DNA of 47,928 nt, taken from contig JAZDIV010000031.1 in NCBI GenBank assembly GCA_043804695.1, positions 1 to 47,928 of the forward strand, read 5' to 3'. The stretch comes from PVC group bacterium. GTDB lineage: Bacteria > Auribacterota > Erginobacteria > Erginobacterales > Erginobacteraceae. Each line of letters opens with the position of its first letter. The stretch's first letter is position 1. The position numbers were made by a program, and so were the translations under genes. The notes under the pieces are model-generated. The model saw only the letters and a list, made by a program, of their open reading frames with translations, was not told the DNA's origin and did not search any database. This document shows positions 37,956 through 47,762 of the stretch, in pieces.

Positions 37956-38753
37956 GTGGACGAACTGGTCCAGATAAGAAGAAGGGTGTACGGAAGGGAG
38001 CAGTATTACCAGCGGGGGGACCTTCCCCTCGAGGCGGGAATGTGCTGCATCGTGGAGGCCGAGCGGGGGCTGGACTACGGGAAGGTCCTGGCACTGTCCG
38101 GAGGGGCCCGGGCGGAGGACCTGGAAAAGTCCCCCCGGAAGGTGATCCGGATCATGACCGACGATGATCGCCGGCAGGTGGAGGAGAACCGGAAGGAGGC
38201 CGGCCGGGCCTTCGAGATTTGCCAGGAGAAGGTGGCCGAGAAGACGATCGCCATGAAGCTGGTGACGGCGGAATATTCTTTCGACCGGAGCCGCCTGCTC
38301 ATTTATTTCACGGCCGAGGGGAGGGTCGATTTCCGGGAACTGGTCAAGGACCTGGCCGCCGTCTTCAAGACCCGGATCGAGCTCCGGCAGATCGGAGTAC
38401 GGGATGAAGCGAGGATCCGCGGCGGTCTCGGCACCTGCGGGCGGCACCTCTGCTGCGCGTCATTTGTCCGCAAATTCGATCCAGTCAACGTCCGGATGGC
38501 GAAGAACCAGCGGCAGCCCCTCGACCCCGAGAAGATATCCGGGGTGTGCGGGCGGCTTTTCTGCTGTCTCAGGTACGAGGATGAGTTTTACCGCGCCGCC
38601 GGGCGGCGGTTCCCCAAGGACGGCTCCGAAGTCGTCACCCCCCGGGGAAAAGGCAAGGTGATCGACCTCAATTTCATCAAGGAGATCGTTCTGGTGGAAC
38701 TGGAGGACGACGTGAAGGCGGAGTTCCCTTTAAGCGAGGTCACTCCGGTGTAA
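37956..38753 (+). CDS. PSP1 domain / RicT (YaaT) family protein
   Basis: RVDFRELVKDLA, RIELRQIGVRDEA, GTCGRHLCC and KISGVCGRLFCCLRYE motifs; GTG start inferred from RBS. Confidence 0.9.
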   Translation: MDELVQIRRRVYGREQYYQRGDLPLEAGMCCIVEAERGLDYGKVLALSGGARAEDLEKSPRKVIRIMTDDDRRQVEENRKEAGRAFEICQEKVAEKTIAMKLVTAEYSFDRSRLLIYFTAEGRVDFRELVKDLAAVFKTRIELRQIGVRDEARIRGGLGTCGRHLCCASFVRKFDPVNVRMAKNQRQPLDPEKISGVCGRLFCCLRYEDEFYRAAGRRFPKDGSEVVTPRGKGKVIDLNFIKEIVLVELEDDVKAEFPLSEVTPV

Positions 38754-38928
38754 AGCGGTAAATTAACGAGTTACGCTGCTGATTCACTGCTTCGGAATTT
38801 CAATAATGCTACAATTATCGTTTTGGCTTGAATCGTTGGACTCAAACTAATCAACAGATTGTTTTCACTGTAATTTTGTTTCAGCAAGACGTGATTATTT
38901 AAATTAGCGCCGGAGGCGCTAATTTAAG

Positions 38929-40539
38929 ATGGGCAAGAGATTCTACATCACCACCCCGATTTATTACGTCAATGACCGGCCGCACATCGGCCACTCCTAC
39001 ACCACCGTCGCCGCTGATGTGCTGGCCCGCTACCGCCGCCTGGCGGGCGGCGAGGTCTTCTTTCTGACCGGCACCGATGAGCACGGGATCAAGATCTGCA
39101 AGGCGGCCGGAGAACGGGACCTGACCCCCGGTGAGCTCGCCGATCAGGTCGTCGTCCACTTTCAGGACCTGTGGAAAAAACTGGGCATCGAATATGACGA
39201 CTTCATCCGGACCAGCCAGCCCCGCCACCGGGATCGGGTCCAGGCGCTGGTCGGGCGGTTGGTCGAGCGGGGGGAGATCTACCCGGGCCGGTACGACGGC
39301 TGGTATGACGAGGAGCAGGAGGAGTTCGTCACCGAAAACACCGCCCGGGAAAATGAATACCAGAGCCCGATCAGCGGTCGGCCCCTGATCCGGCACGCCG
39401 AGGAGAGCTACTTCTTCCGCCTCCGCCGGTGGGTCCCCCGCCTGATCGAGTACATCGAATCGCATCCGGATTTCATCATGCCCGTCTCCCGCCGGAACGA
39501 GGTCCTCAGCAAGCTGCGGCTGGGGGTGGAAGACCTGAGCATCTCCCGGCAGGCGGCCCGGCTGATGAACTGGGGGGTCCCGATGCCCAACGACCCCCGG
39601 TGCAGCGTGTATGTCTGGATCGACGCCCTCTCCAACTACATCACCGCCCTGGGCTATCCCCCCCGGGAAGGCGAACCGGCGCCTCTCTACGACGCCTGCT
39701 GGCCGGCCGACCTGCACCTGATCGGGAAGGACATCCTCTGGTTTCACGCCGTCTACTGGCCGTGCCTCCTGCTGGCCCTGGAGCTTCCCCTCCCGGTGAC
39801 CATCTTCGCCCACGGCTGGTGGACGAACCGGGGGAGAAAAATGTCGAAGTCCCTGGGCAATTTTATTTCCTGCGAAGAGGTGGGCGCCATCTGCGACGCG
39901 TTTTCAGCCGACTACTACCGGTATTTCCTTCTCCGGGCGGTCAAGTTCGGCGACGACGGCAATTTCTCCGGCGAGAAGCTGCTCGCCATCTACAATGCCG
40001 AGCTGGCGAACGGCGTTGGCAACCTCCTGAGCCGGACGGTCAAAATGATAGAAAAATACCGGGGGGGCGCCGTCGATCCGCCGCCGTTCCCCGGCTCTGG
40101 GGAGGAGGGGGAGGTGATCGAGGCGGCCCGCCGGCTGATCTCTCACGCCGGCGGGTGGATGGACCGGCTTGACTGCCAATCGTATCTGGACGGCATCGTC
40201 GGCCTGGAGGCGGCGACGAACCGATACATTGAAAAGACCAGACCCTACCAGCTGGCCGTCGGTCCCCCGGGGCGGAAAGATCTCTCCCGGATCCTGGGCA
40301 CCTGCGCCGAAGCGGTCCGGATTATCCTCCTCTACCTGCAGCCGGTGATGCCCGAAAAAGCGGCGCTCGGCCTGCGGATGCTCGGGGTTGACCCGGCCGG
40401 AGAAGACAGGGATAGACTTCCGGCGGAGTGGGGGGGGTATGTCTGGGAGAAACCGGCGCGCAAAGGCGAGCCGCTGTTTCCCAAGAAAAAGGAGATCCCC
40501 GTTTTTCTGTCCGGAAGAAATAATACATCTGCTCCTTAA
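38929..40539 (+). CDS. metG: Methionine--tRNA ligase (no C-terminal tRNA-binding appendix)
   Basis: YITTPIYYVN..PHIGH, GTDEHG, YVWIDAL, GKDILWFH and KMSKS motifs. Confidence 0.96.
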   Translation: MGKRFYITTPIYYVNDRPHIGHSYTTVAADVLARYRRLAGGEVFFLTGTDEHGIKICKAAGERDLTPGELADQVVVHFQDLWKKLGIEYDDFIRTSQPRHRDRVQALVGRLVERGEIYPGRYDGWYDEEQEEFVTENTARENEYQSPISGRPLIRHAEESYFFRLRRWVPRLIEYIESHPDFIMPVSRRNEVLSKLRLGVEDLSISRQAARLMNWGVPMPNDPRCSVYVWIDALSNYITALGYPPREGEPAPLYDACWPADLHLIGKDILWFHAVYWPCLLLALELPLPVTIFAHGWWTNRGRKMSKSLGNFISCEEVGAICDAFSADYYRYFLLRAVKFGDDGNFSGEKLLAIYNAELANGVGNLLSRTVKMIEKYRGGAVDPPPFPGSGEEGEVIEAARRLISHAGGWMDRLDCQSYLDGIVGLEAATNRYIEKTRPYQLAVGPPGRKDLSRILGTCAEAVRIILLYLQPVMPEKAALGLRMLGVDPAGEDRDRLPAEWGGYVWEKPARKGEPLFPKKKEIPVFLSGRNNTSAP

Positions 40540-40624
40540 GTAAACGGAAAAATATTTGGCACCTGACTACTCTGATTGACCTGAAGAAGAGACAACATTT
40601 ATTTTTTACGGAGTAAAAAATAAT

Positions 40625-41584
40625 GTGAAGATACTGCTGACCGGCGGCGCCGGTTGCATCGGGTCGCACCTGGCGGACGCGCTCCTGGCGGAAGGTCACC
40701 GGGTGGTGATCGTCGATGATTTCAACGATTACTACGACCCCCGGCTGAAGGCGGCGAACCTGGCGGCGGTCAGGGACAACCCCCGCCTGACGGTGGAGGA
40801 GGCCGACATCCGCGACCGGGAGCGGATGGAAGAGCTTTTCGCCCGCCACCGGTTTCCGGCGGTCATCCACCTGGCGGCCCGGGCGGGGGTGCGGCCGTCT
40901 CTGGCCCGGCCGCTCATCTACCAGGACGTCAACGTCGGCGGAACGCTGGTTCTCCTCGAGGCGGCCCGGCGGTCGGGCACGGAGAAGTTCCTGTTCGCCT
41001 CCTCCTCTTCCGTTTACGGCGACTGCCCGCGGCTCCCGCTTTGCGAAAGCGAGCCGGCCCTCCAGCCGGTCTCCCCCTACGGGCTGACCAAGCTGATCGG
41101 AGAGCACTGCTGCCGGGTTTTTCACCGGCAGTACGGGCTGCGGATCGCGGCGCTGCGGTTCTTCACCGTGTACGGGCCGCGGCAGCGCCCGGACATGGCG
41201 ATCCATTTTTTCAGCCGATGCATCCGCCGGAAGCGGGAGATCCCGGTGTATGGGGACGGCACTTCCCGGCGTGACTACACCTTCATCGGCGACATTGTCG
41301 CCGGCATCCTCTCGGCCCTGCGGGCCGACTGCGGCTTCGAGGTGTTCAACCTGGGAGGAGGACACGCCGTCACCCTCGCGGAGCTGATCGGACTGCTGGG
41401 AGAGAAGTTCGGCGCCGTGCCGGTCGTAAAACGGCTGTCTTTCCAGCCCGGAGATGTCGTGGCCACGCTGGCCGATGTCGGCAAGGCCCGGCAGCTGCTC
41501 GGTTACCGGCCGTCAACCGCGCTGCCCGAGGGGCTCCAATCCTTTGTCAGCTGGTTCCGGACGCAGCCGGAGGGGGCTACATGA
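40625..41584 (+). CDS. NAD-dependent nucleotide-sugar epimerase (UDP-glucuronate 4-epimerase-like)
   Basis: TGGAGCIG, HLAARAGVR, ASSSSVYG, YGLTK and LRFFTVYGPRQRPDMA motifs. Confidence 0.88.
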   Translation: MKILLTGGAGCIGSHLADALLAEGHRVVIVDDFNDYYDPRLKAANLAAVRDNPRLTVEEADIRDRERMEELFARHRFPAVIHLAARAGVRPSLARPLIYQDVNVGGTLVLLEAARRSGTEKFLFASSSSVYGDCPRLPLCESEPALQPVSPYGLTKLIGEHCCRVFHRQYGLRIAALRFFTVYGPRQRPDMAIHFFSRCIRRKREIPVYGDGTSRRDYTFIGDIVAGILSALRADCGFEVFNLGGGHAVTLAELIGLLGEKFGAVPVVKRLSFQPGDVVATLADVGKARQLLGYRPSTALPEGLQSFVSWFRTQPEGAT

Positions 41585-43965
41585 GCCGTCCGGGAAGAGA
41601 CGGCGGATCCCGCCGCCGCGTCATCGCTCTGCTCCTGGCGGCCGGGACGGTTCTGGCCGGAGTGGGCGCCTGCGGCAGCCCGGCCGCCCGGGGGCCGTCC
41701 GGGGGGGCGGCGGCGGGCCCGTGGTCCCCCCCCGGGCTTGATCGGGCGGCCGGCCTCGCCGATTCGGCCTGGCCCGGCGCCCCCACACCGCCCGAGTACG
41801 CCGGGGAGATCCCCGGTCCGGCCCCGGCCTTCACCCCCTCCGCCACCGTCCCGCCGGGGATTGTCACTCCGTCCCCCCGCCCCGTTCCCACCCCCCTGCC
41901 GGCCATCGTCTGCGAGGGCGACCGGGTGCGCTACCGGGACAGCGGGAAGACGATCGTGGCGGAGGGGAATGTCCGGATCGGCTACAAGAACATGGAGCTG
42001 ACCGCCGACCGCGTGACCGTGTACATCGACCGGAAGGAAGCCTACGCGGAAGGAAACGTGACCCTGACCCAGTGGAACAACGTCATCACCACCGACAAGA
42101 TCAGGTACGATTTCGTCAAGGAGCAGGGGATCATGTCCCCGGGGTCCGGCTATTACGCCCCCTGGTACGGCCGGTCGGAGACGGTGGAGGCGGAAGGGAG
42201 GGAGAAGATCACCTTTCTCGAGGGGAAGGCTTCCACCTGCGATGAAGACGAGCCGCACTACCGGATCGAGGCCAAGAAGCTCATCATCTACCCCGACGAC
42301 AAGCTCGTCGGGTACAATAACGTCGTCTATGTCGGCAGTGTCCCGGTCTTCTGGCTCCCCTATTACCGGAAAACCCTGAAAGACAACTGCCGGGGGTTCT
42401 TCTTCTATCCCGGGTTCCGCAATACCTGGGGCTTCTTCTTCCTCTCCGGCTATCACTGGTGCGTCCCGGGGCTGCAGACGACCTTTCACCTCGATTACCG
42501 GTACCGTCGGGGACTGGCCTACGGCCTGGACGGGCTGTTCAACATCGACAGCTCCGGCTGGGGCGAGTGGCAGACCTACTACCTGAAAGACCAGCGGTAC
42601 GAAAACGCCGCCGGGGAGATCTCGACCCGGGAACGCTACCTGATCGAGCTCGAGTACCGGCAGAACCTGGTCTACCGGGTGGGGGGGAACCTCTCCCTCC
42701 ACTACATGAGCGACGACACCGTCCGGAAAGACTTCTTCCGCCGGGAGTACGACGCCGATTCGCAGCCCGAATCCTATCTCTTTCTGGACCGGCGGTGGCA
42801 GGACATCACGCTCAGCCTGGAATTCAAGCCGCGTCTGAACGAGTTCGAAAAGGTGACCGAAAAGCTGCCGGAGGCGAAACTGCAGGTCCAGGAGTTCCAG
42901 ATCTGGGAGAGCGATTTTTATTACCAGGGATCGAACTCGTTCGCCAATTTTAAAAAGAAATTCCCGGACGAAGCCTCCCCCCGCTATGCCTCAGGCCGTT
43001 TCGACACCTTTCATCAGCTCAGCTACTCGAGAAAGTTCTTCGGGTGGCTCAACTTCTACCCCGCGGTCAGTCTCCGGGGGGATTTTTACAGCCGGGGACC
43101 GGGCAAGACCGACACCGCGTCTTCCTCGGCCGCGGCCGCTGCCTCCGCCGCCCCGACCCCGAAGCCGTCCCCCTCGCCCGCGCCGCCGGACCAGCGCGAC
43201 TTCTGGCGCGAGGTTTTTGCTTACAGCGTCGGGGTGTCGACCGACATCTACGGGATCTATCCCGCCGCCCGGAGCGACTGGCTTGAAATCGACAAGCTCA
43301 GGCATGTCATCACCCCCTCGGTCGACTACATCTTCATCAACAACCCCAGCGTCTATTACGAGGACATCTACCAGTTCGACAAGATCGACAAGATCAAGAG
43401 AGCGAACTACTTCGATCTCACGCTCCGCAACCAGCTCCAGACCAAGCGGTACCGGAAAAGAAGCGAGGAGAGCTGGACGCTGGTCGACCTGATCCTCTCG
43501 ACCCCGCTCTACGCCAAGCCGGACCGGGACAACAGCGGTCGCCTGATGGGCGACCTGGACACCCATCTCGAGGTCACGCCCTTCTCTTCGATCGGGATTG
43601 ATCTCGACAATATTTACAACACGTACGATAACCGGTTCATCGAGAACACCCTGGACATCTGGGTCAAGCCGGAGGATGACTGGTGGGTGACTTTTTCCCA
43701 TTACTACCGCCAGAAGAAAGACCGCAACGAGGTGGGGGCGGAGGTGTACCTCCGGATCAACCCCCTCTGGGCCTTCAAGATCTACGGCCGCTACGACACG
43801 GTCGCGGGCAGGCTCAATGAGGAGTCCTTCACCATTTACCGCGACCTTCACTGCTGGAGTTCCTATCTCCGTTTCGAGCGGAGGGAAGACGAGAATGAAT
43901 ACTCCGTCTTCCTCGCCCTCTGGATCAAGGCGTTTGAAAAGTCCCCCCTCAATCTGAGCAATTAA
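41581..43965 (+). CDS. lptD: LPS assembly protein LptD
   Basis: OstA-like N-domain (AEGNVRI..LTADRV..AEGNV), STCD..PHY.I.AK, VPVFWLPYY, and a beta-barrel C-terminus with YRDLHCW. Confidence 0.82.
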   Translation: MSRPGRDGGSRRRVIALLLAAGTVLAGVGACGSPAARGPSGGAAAGPWSPPGLDRAAGLADSAWPGAPTPPEYAGEIPGPAPAFTPSATVPPGIVTPSPRPVPTPLPAIVCEGDRVRYRDSGKTIVAEGNVRIGYKNMELTADRVTVYIDRKEAYAEGNVTLTQWNNVITTDKIRYDFVKEQGIMSPGSGYYAPWYGRSETVEAEGREKITFLEGKASTCDEDEPHYRIEAKKLIIYPDDKLVGYNNVVYVGSVPVFWLPYYRKTLKDNCRGFFFYPGFRNTWGFFFLSGYHWCVPGLQTTFHLDYRYRRGLAYGLDGLFNIDSSGWGEWQTYYLKDQRYENAAGEISTRERYLIELEYRQNLVYRVGGNLSLHYMSDDTVRKDFFRREYDADSQPESYLFLDRRWQDITLSLEFKPRLNEFEKVTEKLPEAKLQVQEFQIWESDFYYQGSNSFANFKKKFPDEASPRYASGRFDTFHQLSYSRKFFGWLNFYPAVSLRGDFYSRGPGKTDTASSSAAAAASAAPTPKPSPSPAPPDQRDFWREVFAYSVGVSTDIYGIYPAARSDWLEIDKLRHVITPSVDYIFINNPSVYYEDIYQFDKIDKIKRANYFDLTLRNQLQTKRYRKRSEESWTLVDLILSTPLYAKPDRDNSGRLMGDLDTHLEVTPFSSIGIDLDNIYNTYDNRFIENTLDIWVKPEDDWWVTFSHYYRQKKDRNEVGAEVYLRINPLWAFKIYGRYDTVAGRLNEESFTIYRDLHCWSSYLRFERREDENEYSVFLALWIKAFEKSPLNLSN

Positions 43966-44006
43966 AATCTTATTTTTCCTTCGGAAAAATAAGAGAGGAG
44001 GTTTTC

Positions 44007-45296
44007 ATGAACGTTACCATCATCGGAACGGGCTATGTCGGCCTGGTCACCGGCGCCACCCTGGCGGAGCTGGGCAACCGGGTCATCTGCGTCGACAACA
44101 ACGAAGAGAAGATCGCCCTGCTCAACCGGGACGAGATCCCCATCTACGAACCGGGTCTGAAGGAGATGGTGCGTTCGGCCCGGCTGGCCGGGAGGCTCTC
44201 CTTCATCACCTCGATCGCGGAAGGGGTGAAGGCATCGGACATTATCTTTATCGCCGTCAGCACGCCCCCCAAGGAGGACGGGTCGGCCGACCTGAGCGCG
44301 GTGGCCGCGGTGGCGCGGGAAGTGGCCGAGAACCTGAACGGCTACAAGGTGGTCGTGGACAAGAGCACCGTCCCCGTGAAGACCGGGGAGAAGGTCGCCG
44401 AGACGATCAAGCGCTACAGCCGGGGGAACGGCGATTTCGACGTCGTCTCCAACCCGGAGTTTCTCCGCGAGGGGTCGGCCATCTACGACACCTTCCACCC
44501 CGACCGGATCGTGATCGGGACCTCGAGCCGGCGGGCCGCCGGCATCCTGGTCGAGCTTTATCAGCCCCTGCAGGCGCCGGTCATCATCACCGACATCAAC
44601 AGCGCCGAGATCATCAAGCACGCGGCCAACTCCTTTTTGGCCACCAAGATATCGTTCGCCAACGCCCTGGCTCACATCTGCGAGGCGTCGGGGGCGAACG
44701 TGGAGGAGGTGACCCGGGGCGTGGGGCTGGACAACCGGATCGGGAGCAAGTTCCTGAACGCGGGGGTCGGCTACGGCGGCTCCTGTTTCCCGAAAGACGT
44801 CTCGGCGTTCATCGCCATCGCCGACGAGATCGGCTATGATTTTCGCCTTTTAAAGGAAGTGGAGAGGATAAATGAGGCCCAGGCCGACTACTTCTTCGAC
44901 AAGATCAAGGAAACCCTCTGGGTGCTCGAGGACAAGCTGATCGGCGTGCTGGGACTGGCCTTCAAGCCCAACACCGACGACATGCGGAACGCCCCCTCGG
45001 TGAAGATCATCAACCGGCTGCTGGCGGAAGGGGCGAGGGTCAGGGCCTTCGATCCCAAGTCGATGGAGAAGGCGAAGGAGGTCCTCCCCGGCATCGAGTA
45101 CTGCGAAAATCCCTACCAGGTCGCCGAAGGAGCCGAAGCCCTGATCATCATTACCGAGTGGAACGAGTTCAAGGAGATGGACCTGAAGAAGATCAAGGAG
45201 TTTCTCCATCAGCCGGTCGTCATCGACGGCCGCAATATCTACGATCCGGAGAAGATGGAGCGCCTGGGGTTCATTTACAAGAGTGTGGGGAGATAG
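44007..45296 (+). CDS. ugd: UDP-glucose 6-dehydrogenase
   Basis: GTGYVGL, KSTVPV, SNPEFLREG, GYGGSCFPKD and GLAFKPNTDDMR motifs. Confidence 0.93.
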   Translation: MNVTIIGTGYVGLVTGATLAELGNRVICVDNNEEKIALLNRDEIPIYEPGLKEMVRSARLAGRLSFITSIAEGVKASDIIFIAVSTPPKEDGSADLSAVAAVAREVAENLNGYKVVVDKSTVPVKTGEKVAETIKRYSRGNGDFDVVSNPEFLREGSAIYDTFHPDRIVIGTSSRRAAGILVELYQPLQAPVIITDINSAEIIKHAANSFLATKISFANALAHICEASGANVEEVTRGVGLDNRIGSKFLNAGVGYGGSCFPKDVSAFIAIADEIGYDFRLLKEVERINEAQADYFFDKIKETLWVLEDKLIGVLGLAFKPNTDDMRNAPSVKIINRLLAEGARVRAFDPKSMEKAKEVLPGIEYCENPYQVAEGAEALIIITEWNEFKEMDLKKIKEFLHQPVVIDGRNIYDPEKMERLGFIYKSVGR

Positions 45297-45449
45297 GACG
45301 CAAAGAGCATGGCGCATAGCGTACTTGTGCCCGGAACCCCGTGTAACCGGTCCGCTCTATGCGCTTCGCGCTCTGCTCTCTGCTCTCTGCCGCACATCCC
45401 GAGTATCCACACTGCATCATTCAATGTGGATATATAGAACAATTTTTTA

Positions 45450-46385
45450 ATGAACATCTTAGTAACAGGCGGCGCCGGGTTTATCGGTTCGCATATCGTC
45501 AGAGCCCTGCTCGAGGAGGGGAACCGGGTCTGGGTGATCGACGACTATTCGACCGGCCGGCCGGAAAATCTGGCCGGTCTCCGGTCCCGGATCACCCTGG
45601 TCGAGGGGGATATCCGTGACAACTCGGTGGTCGGTCCGGTCATCCGGGAGGTCGAGGCGGTCTTCCATCAGGCCGCCCTTCCCTCGGTCCCCCGGTCGTT
45701 CGCCGATCCGGTCGGGACCACCTCCGTCAATGCCGCCGGCACGCTGAACCTGCTCGAGGCGGCCCGCGGTGCCAAGATCAGTCTCTTCGTGCTCGCTTCC
45801 TCGTCCTCGGTTTACGGGGACGTCGCGGCCGAGGCCAAGCGTGAAGACATCCCCCCGGCCCCCCTCTCTCCCTACGCGGCCAGCAAGCTGGCCGGAGAGC
45901 ATTACTGCCGGCTCTACGGGGAGCTCTACGGCATCCCCGCGATCAGCCTCCGCTACTTCAATGTCTTCGGCCCCGGCCAGAATCCGGCGTCCCAGTACGC
46001 CGCCGTCATCCCCCGGTTCATCAAGGCGGTTCTCCGGGGGGATCCCCCGGTCATCTACGGGGACGGCCGGCAGAGCCGGGACTTCACTTATGTCGAAAAC
46101 GTGGTCCGGGCCAACCTGGCCTGCCTCTCCGCTCCCCCGGAAGCCCGGGGAAAGGTCATCAACATCGCCTGCGGGGAGAAAACGGATCTTCTGGCCGTCC
46201 TAAATATTTTAGGCGTCGTCGCGGGGAAGACCGTCACCCCGGCGTTTGAGCCGCCCCGCCCCGGGGATGTCCGCTATTCGCTGGCGGACATCAGCCGGGC
46301 CCGGAAAGTTCTGGGATACCATCCTGAAGTGTCATTTCCCGAGGGCTTAAAAAGAACGTTTGAGTACTTTAAAAACAAGGAGTGA
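45450..46385 (+). CDS. NAD-dependent epimerase/dehydratase (WbpP-like UDP-GlcNAc 4-epimerase)
   Basis: TGGAGFIGS, HQAALPSVPRS, YAASK, LRYFNVFGP and YAAVIP motifs. Confidence 0.88.
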   Translation: MNILVTGGAGFIGSHIVRALLEEGNRVWVIDDYSTGRPENLAGLRSRITLVEGDIRDNSVVGPVIREVEAVFHQAALPSVPRSFADPVGTTSVNAAGTLNLLEAARGAKISLFVLASSSSVYGDVAAEAKREDIPPAPLSPYAASKLAGEHYCRLYGELYGIPAISLRYFNVFGPGQNPASQYAAVIPRFIKAVLRGDPPVIYGDGRQSRDFTYVENVVRANLACLSAPPEARGKVINIACGEKTDLLAVLNILGVVAGKTVTPAFEPPRPGDVRYSLADISRARKVLGYHPEVSFPEGLKRTFEYFKNKE

Positions 46386-46395
46386 AGACGCTGCG

Positions 46396-46587
46396 AATGA
46401 CGAAAACCGAATGACGAAATCCGAAAGAATACAGTAATGACGAATGACTAACCATCATACTGCTACCCTTTTAAGCCGCCAAAAGGCGAAAAAAACGCAA
46501 AAGCCGCTCCGGATAGGACTCCTTCGTCATTCGTCATTCGGATTTCGTCATTCATTTTCGGGTTTAGTCATTCGGATTTCGTCATTA
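46396..46587. repeat. Inverted arrays of AATGACG/AATCCG-type heptamer repeats
   Basis: (GAATGACGAAA..C)n left arm and (TTCGTCATTCGGATTTCGTCATT)n right arm around a short spacer. Confidence 0.7.
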
Positions 46588-46655
46588 AATTGAATTATGG
46601 CACCGCAGTTGTAAAAGTAATATTCAAATGTTAGGTCATTTCAAGGAGATAAACT

Positions 46656-47762
46656 ATGACGGTTCCTTTGCTTGACCTCCCGGCCCAGTACCGGGAGATC
46701 GGAGATGAACTGGAAAAGGAAGTGATCGGGATTCTGCGCAGCGGTCGCTACATCAAGGGGCCGAAGATGGAGACAATGGAGAAGGAGCTGGCCGCTTACT
46801 GCGGGTCGCCGCGCGCGGTCGCCTGCGCCTCCGGTACGGACGCCATTCTGCTGGCCCTGATGGCGCTGGGGATCGGCCCCGGGGATGAGGTGATCACCAC
46901 CCCCTACACGTTCTTCGCCACCGGCGGCTGCATCTCCCGGTCGGGTGCCCGCCCGGTCTTCGCGGACATCGACCCCGTTACCTACAACATCGACCCCGTC
47001 CGGGTCGAGGAAGCCCTGACCGAAAACACGGCCGCGATCATCCCGGTCCACCTCTACGGGCAGTGCGCCGAAATGGACCAGATCCTGGAGCTGGGCCGCC
47101 GGAAAAAGGTCCCGGTGATCGAGGACGCTGCCCAGGCGATCGGGGCCCTCTACCGGGGAAGAAAAGCGGGCTCGCTGGGGACGATCGGCTGCTTCAGTTT
47201 CTTCCCCTCGAAAAACCTGGGGGCGTGCGGGGACGGCGGGTTCATGACCACCGCCGACCCGGCCCTGGCCGACCGGCTGACGATTCTCCGCGAGCACGGC
47301 GCCCGGCCGAAATACTATCACCGGGTGATCGGGATCAACAGCCGGATGGACGCGCTCCAGGCCGGGATCATCCTGGTCAAGCTCCCCCGCCTGGAAAAGT
47401 GGCACCAGGGCCGCCGGGAGAACGCCGCCTTCTACAGCGAGCGCCTGCAAGGGCTGCCCCTGACGCTCCCCCGGGTCAGGGATGACTGCGTGAGCGTTTT
47501 CAACCAGTATGTCATCCGCACCCCAAAGAGAGACGGCCTGCGGGCTCACCTCCAGGCGCGGGGGATCGGCAACGAGATTTACTATCCGGTCCCGCTCCAT
47601 CTCCAGGAATGCTACCGGGACCTGGGCTACCGGGAGGGCGATTTCCCGGAGGCGGAGAAGGCGGCCCGGGAGACACTGGCGATCCCCATCTACCCCCAGC
47701 TGACGGAAGAACAGCTGGGGGAAGTGGTTGCTGCAATTAAAGATTTTTTCAATCAAACCTGA
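46656..47762 (+). CDS. DegT/DnrJ/EryC1/StrS family PLP-dependent sugar aminotransferase
   Basis: [31 protein letters not shown] and NSRMDALQA motifs. Confidence 0.93.
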   Translation: MTVPLLDLPAQYREIGDELEKEVIGILRSGRYIKGPKMETMEKELAAYCGSPRAVACASGTDAILLALMALGIGPGDEVITTPYTFFATGGCISRSGARPVFADIDPVTYNIDPVRVEEALTENTAAIIPVHLYGQCAEMDQILELGRRKKVPVIEDAAQAIGALYRGRKAGSLGTIGCFSFFPSKNLGACGDGGFMTTADPALADRLTILREHGARPKYYHRVIGINSRMDALQAGIILVKLPRLEKWHQGRRENAAFYSERLQGLPLTLPRVRDDCVSVFNQYVIRTPKRDGLRAHLQARGIGNEIYYPVPLHLQECYRDLGYREGDFPEAEKAARETLAIPIYPQLTEEQLGEVVAAIKDFFNQT

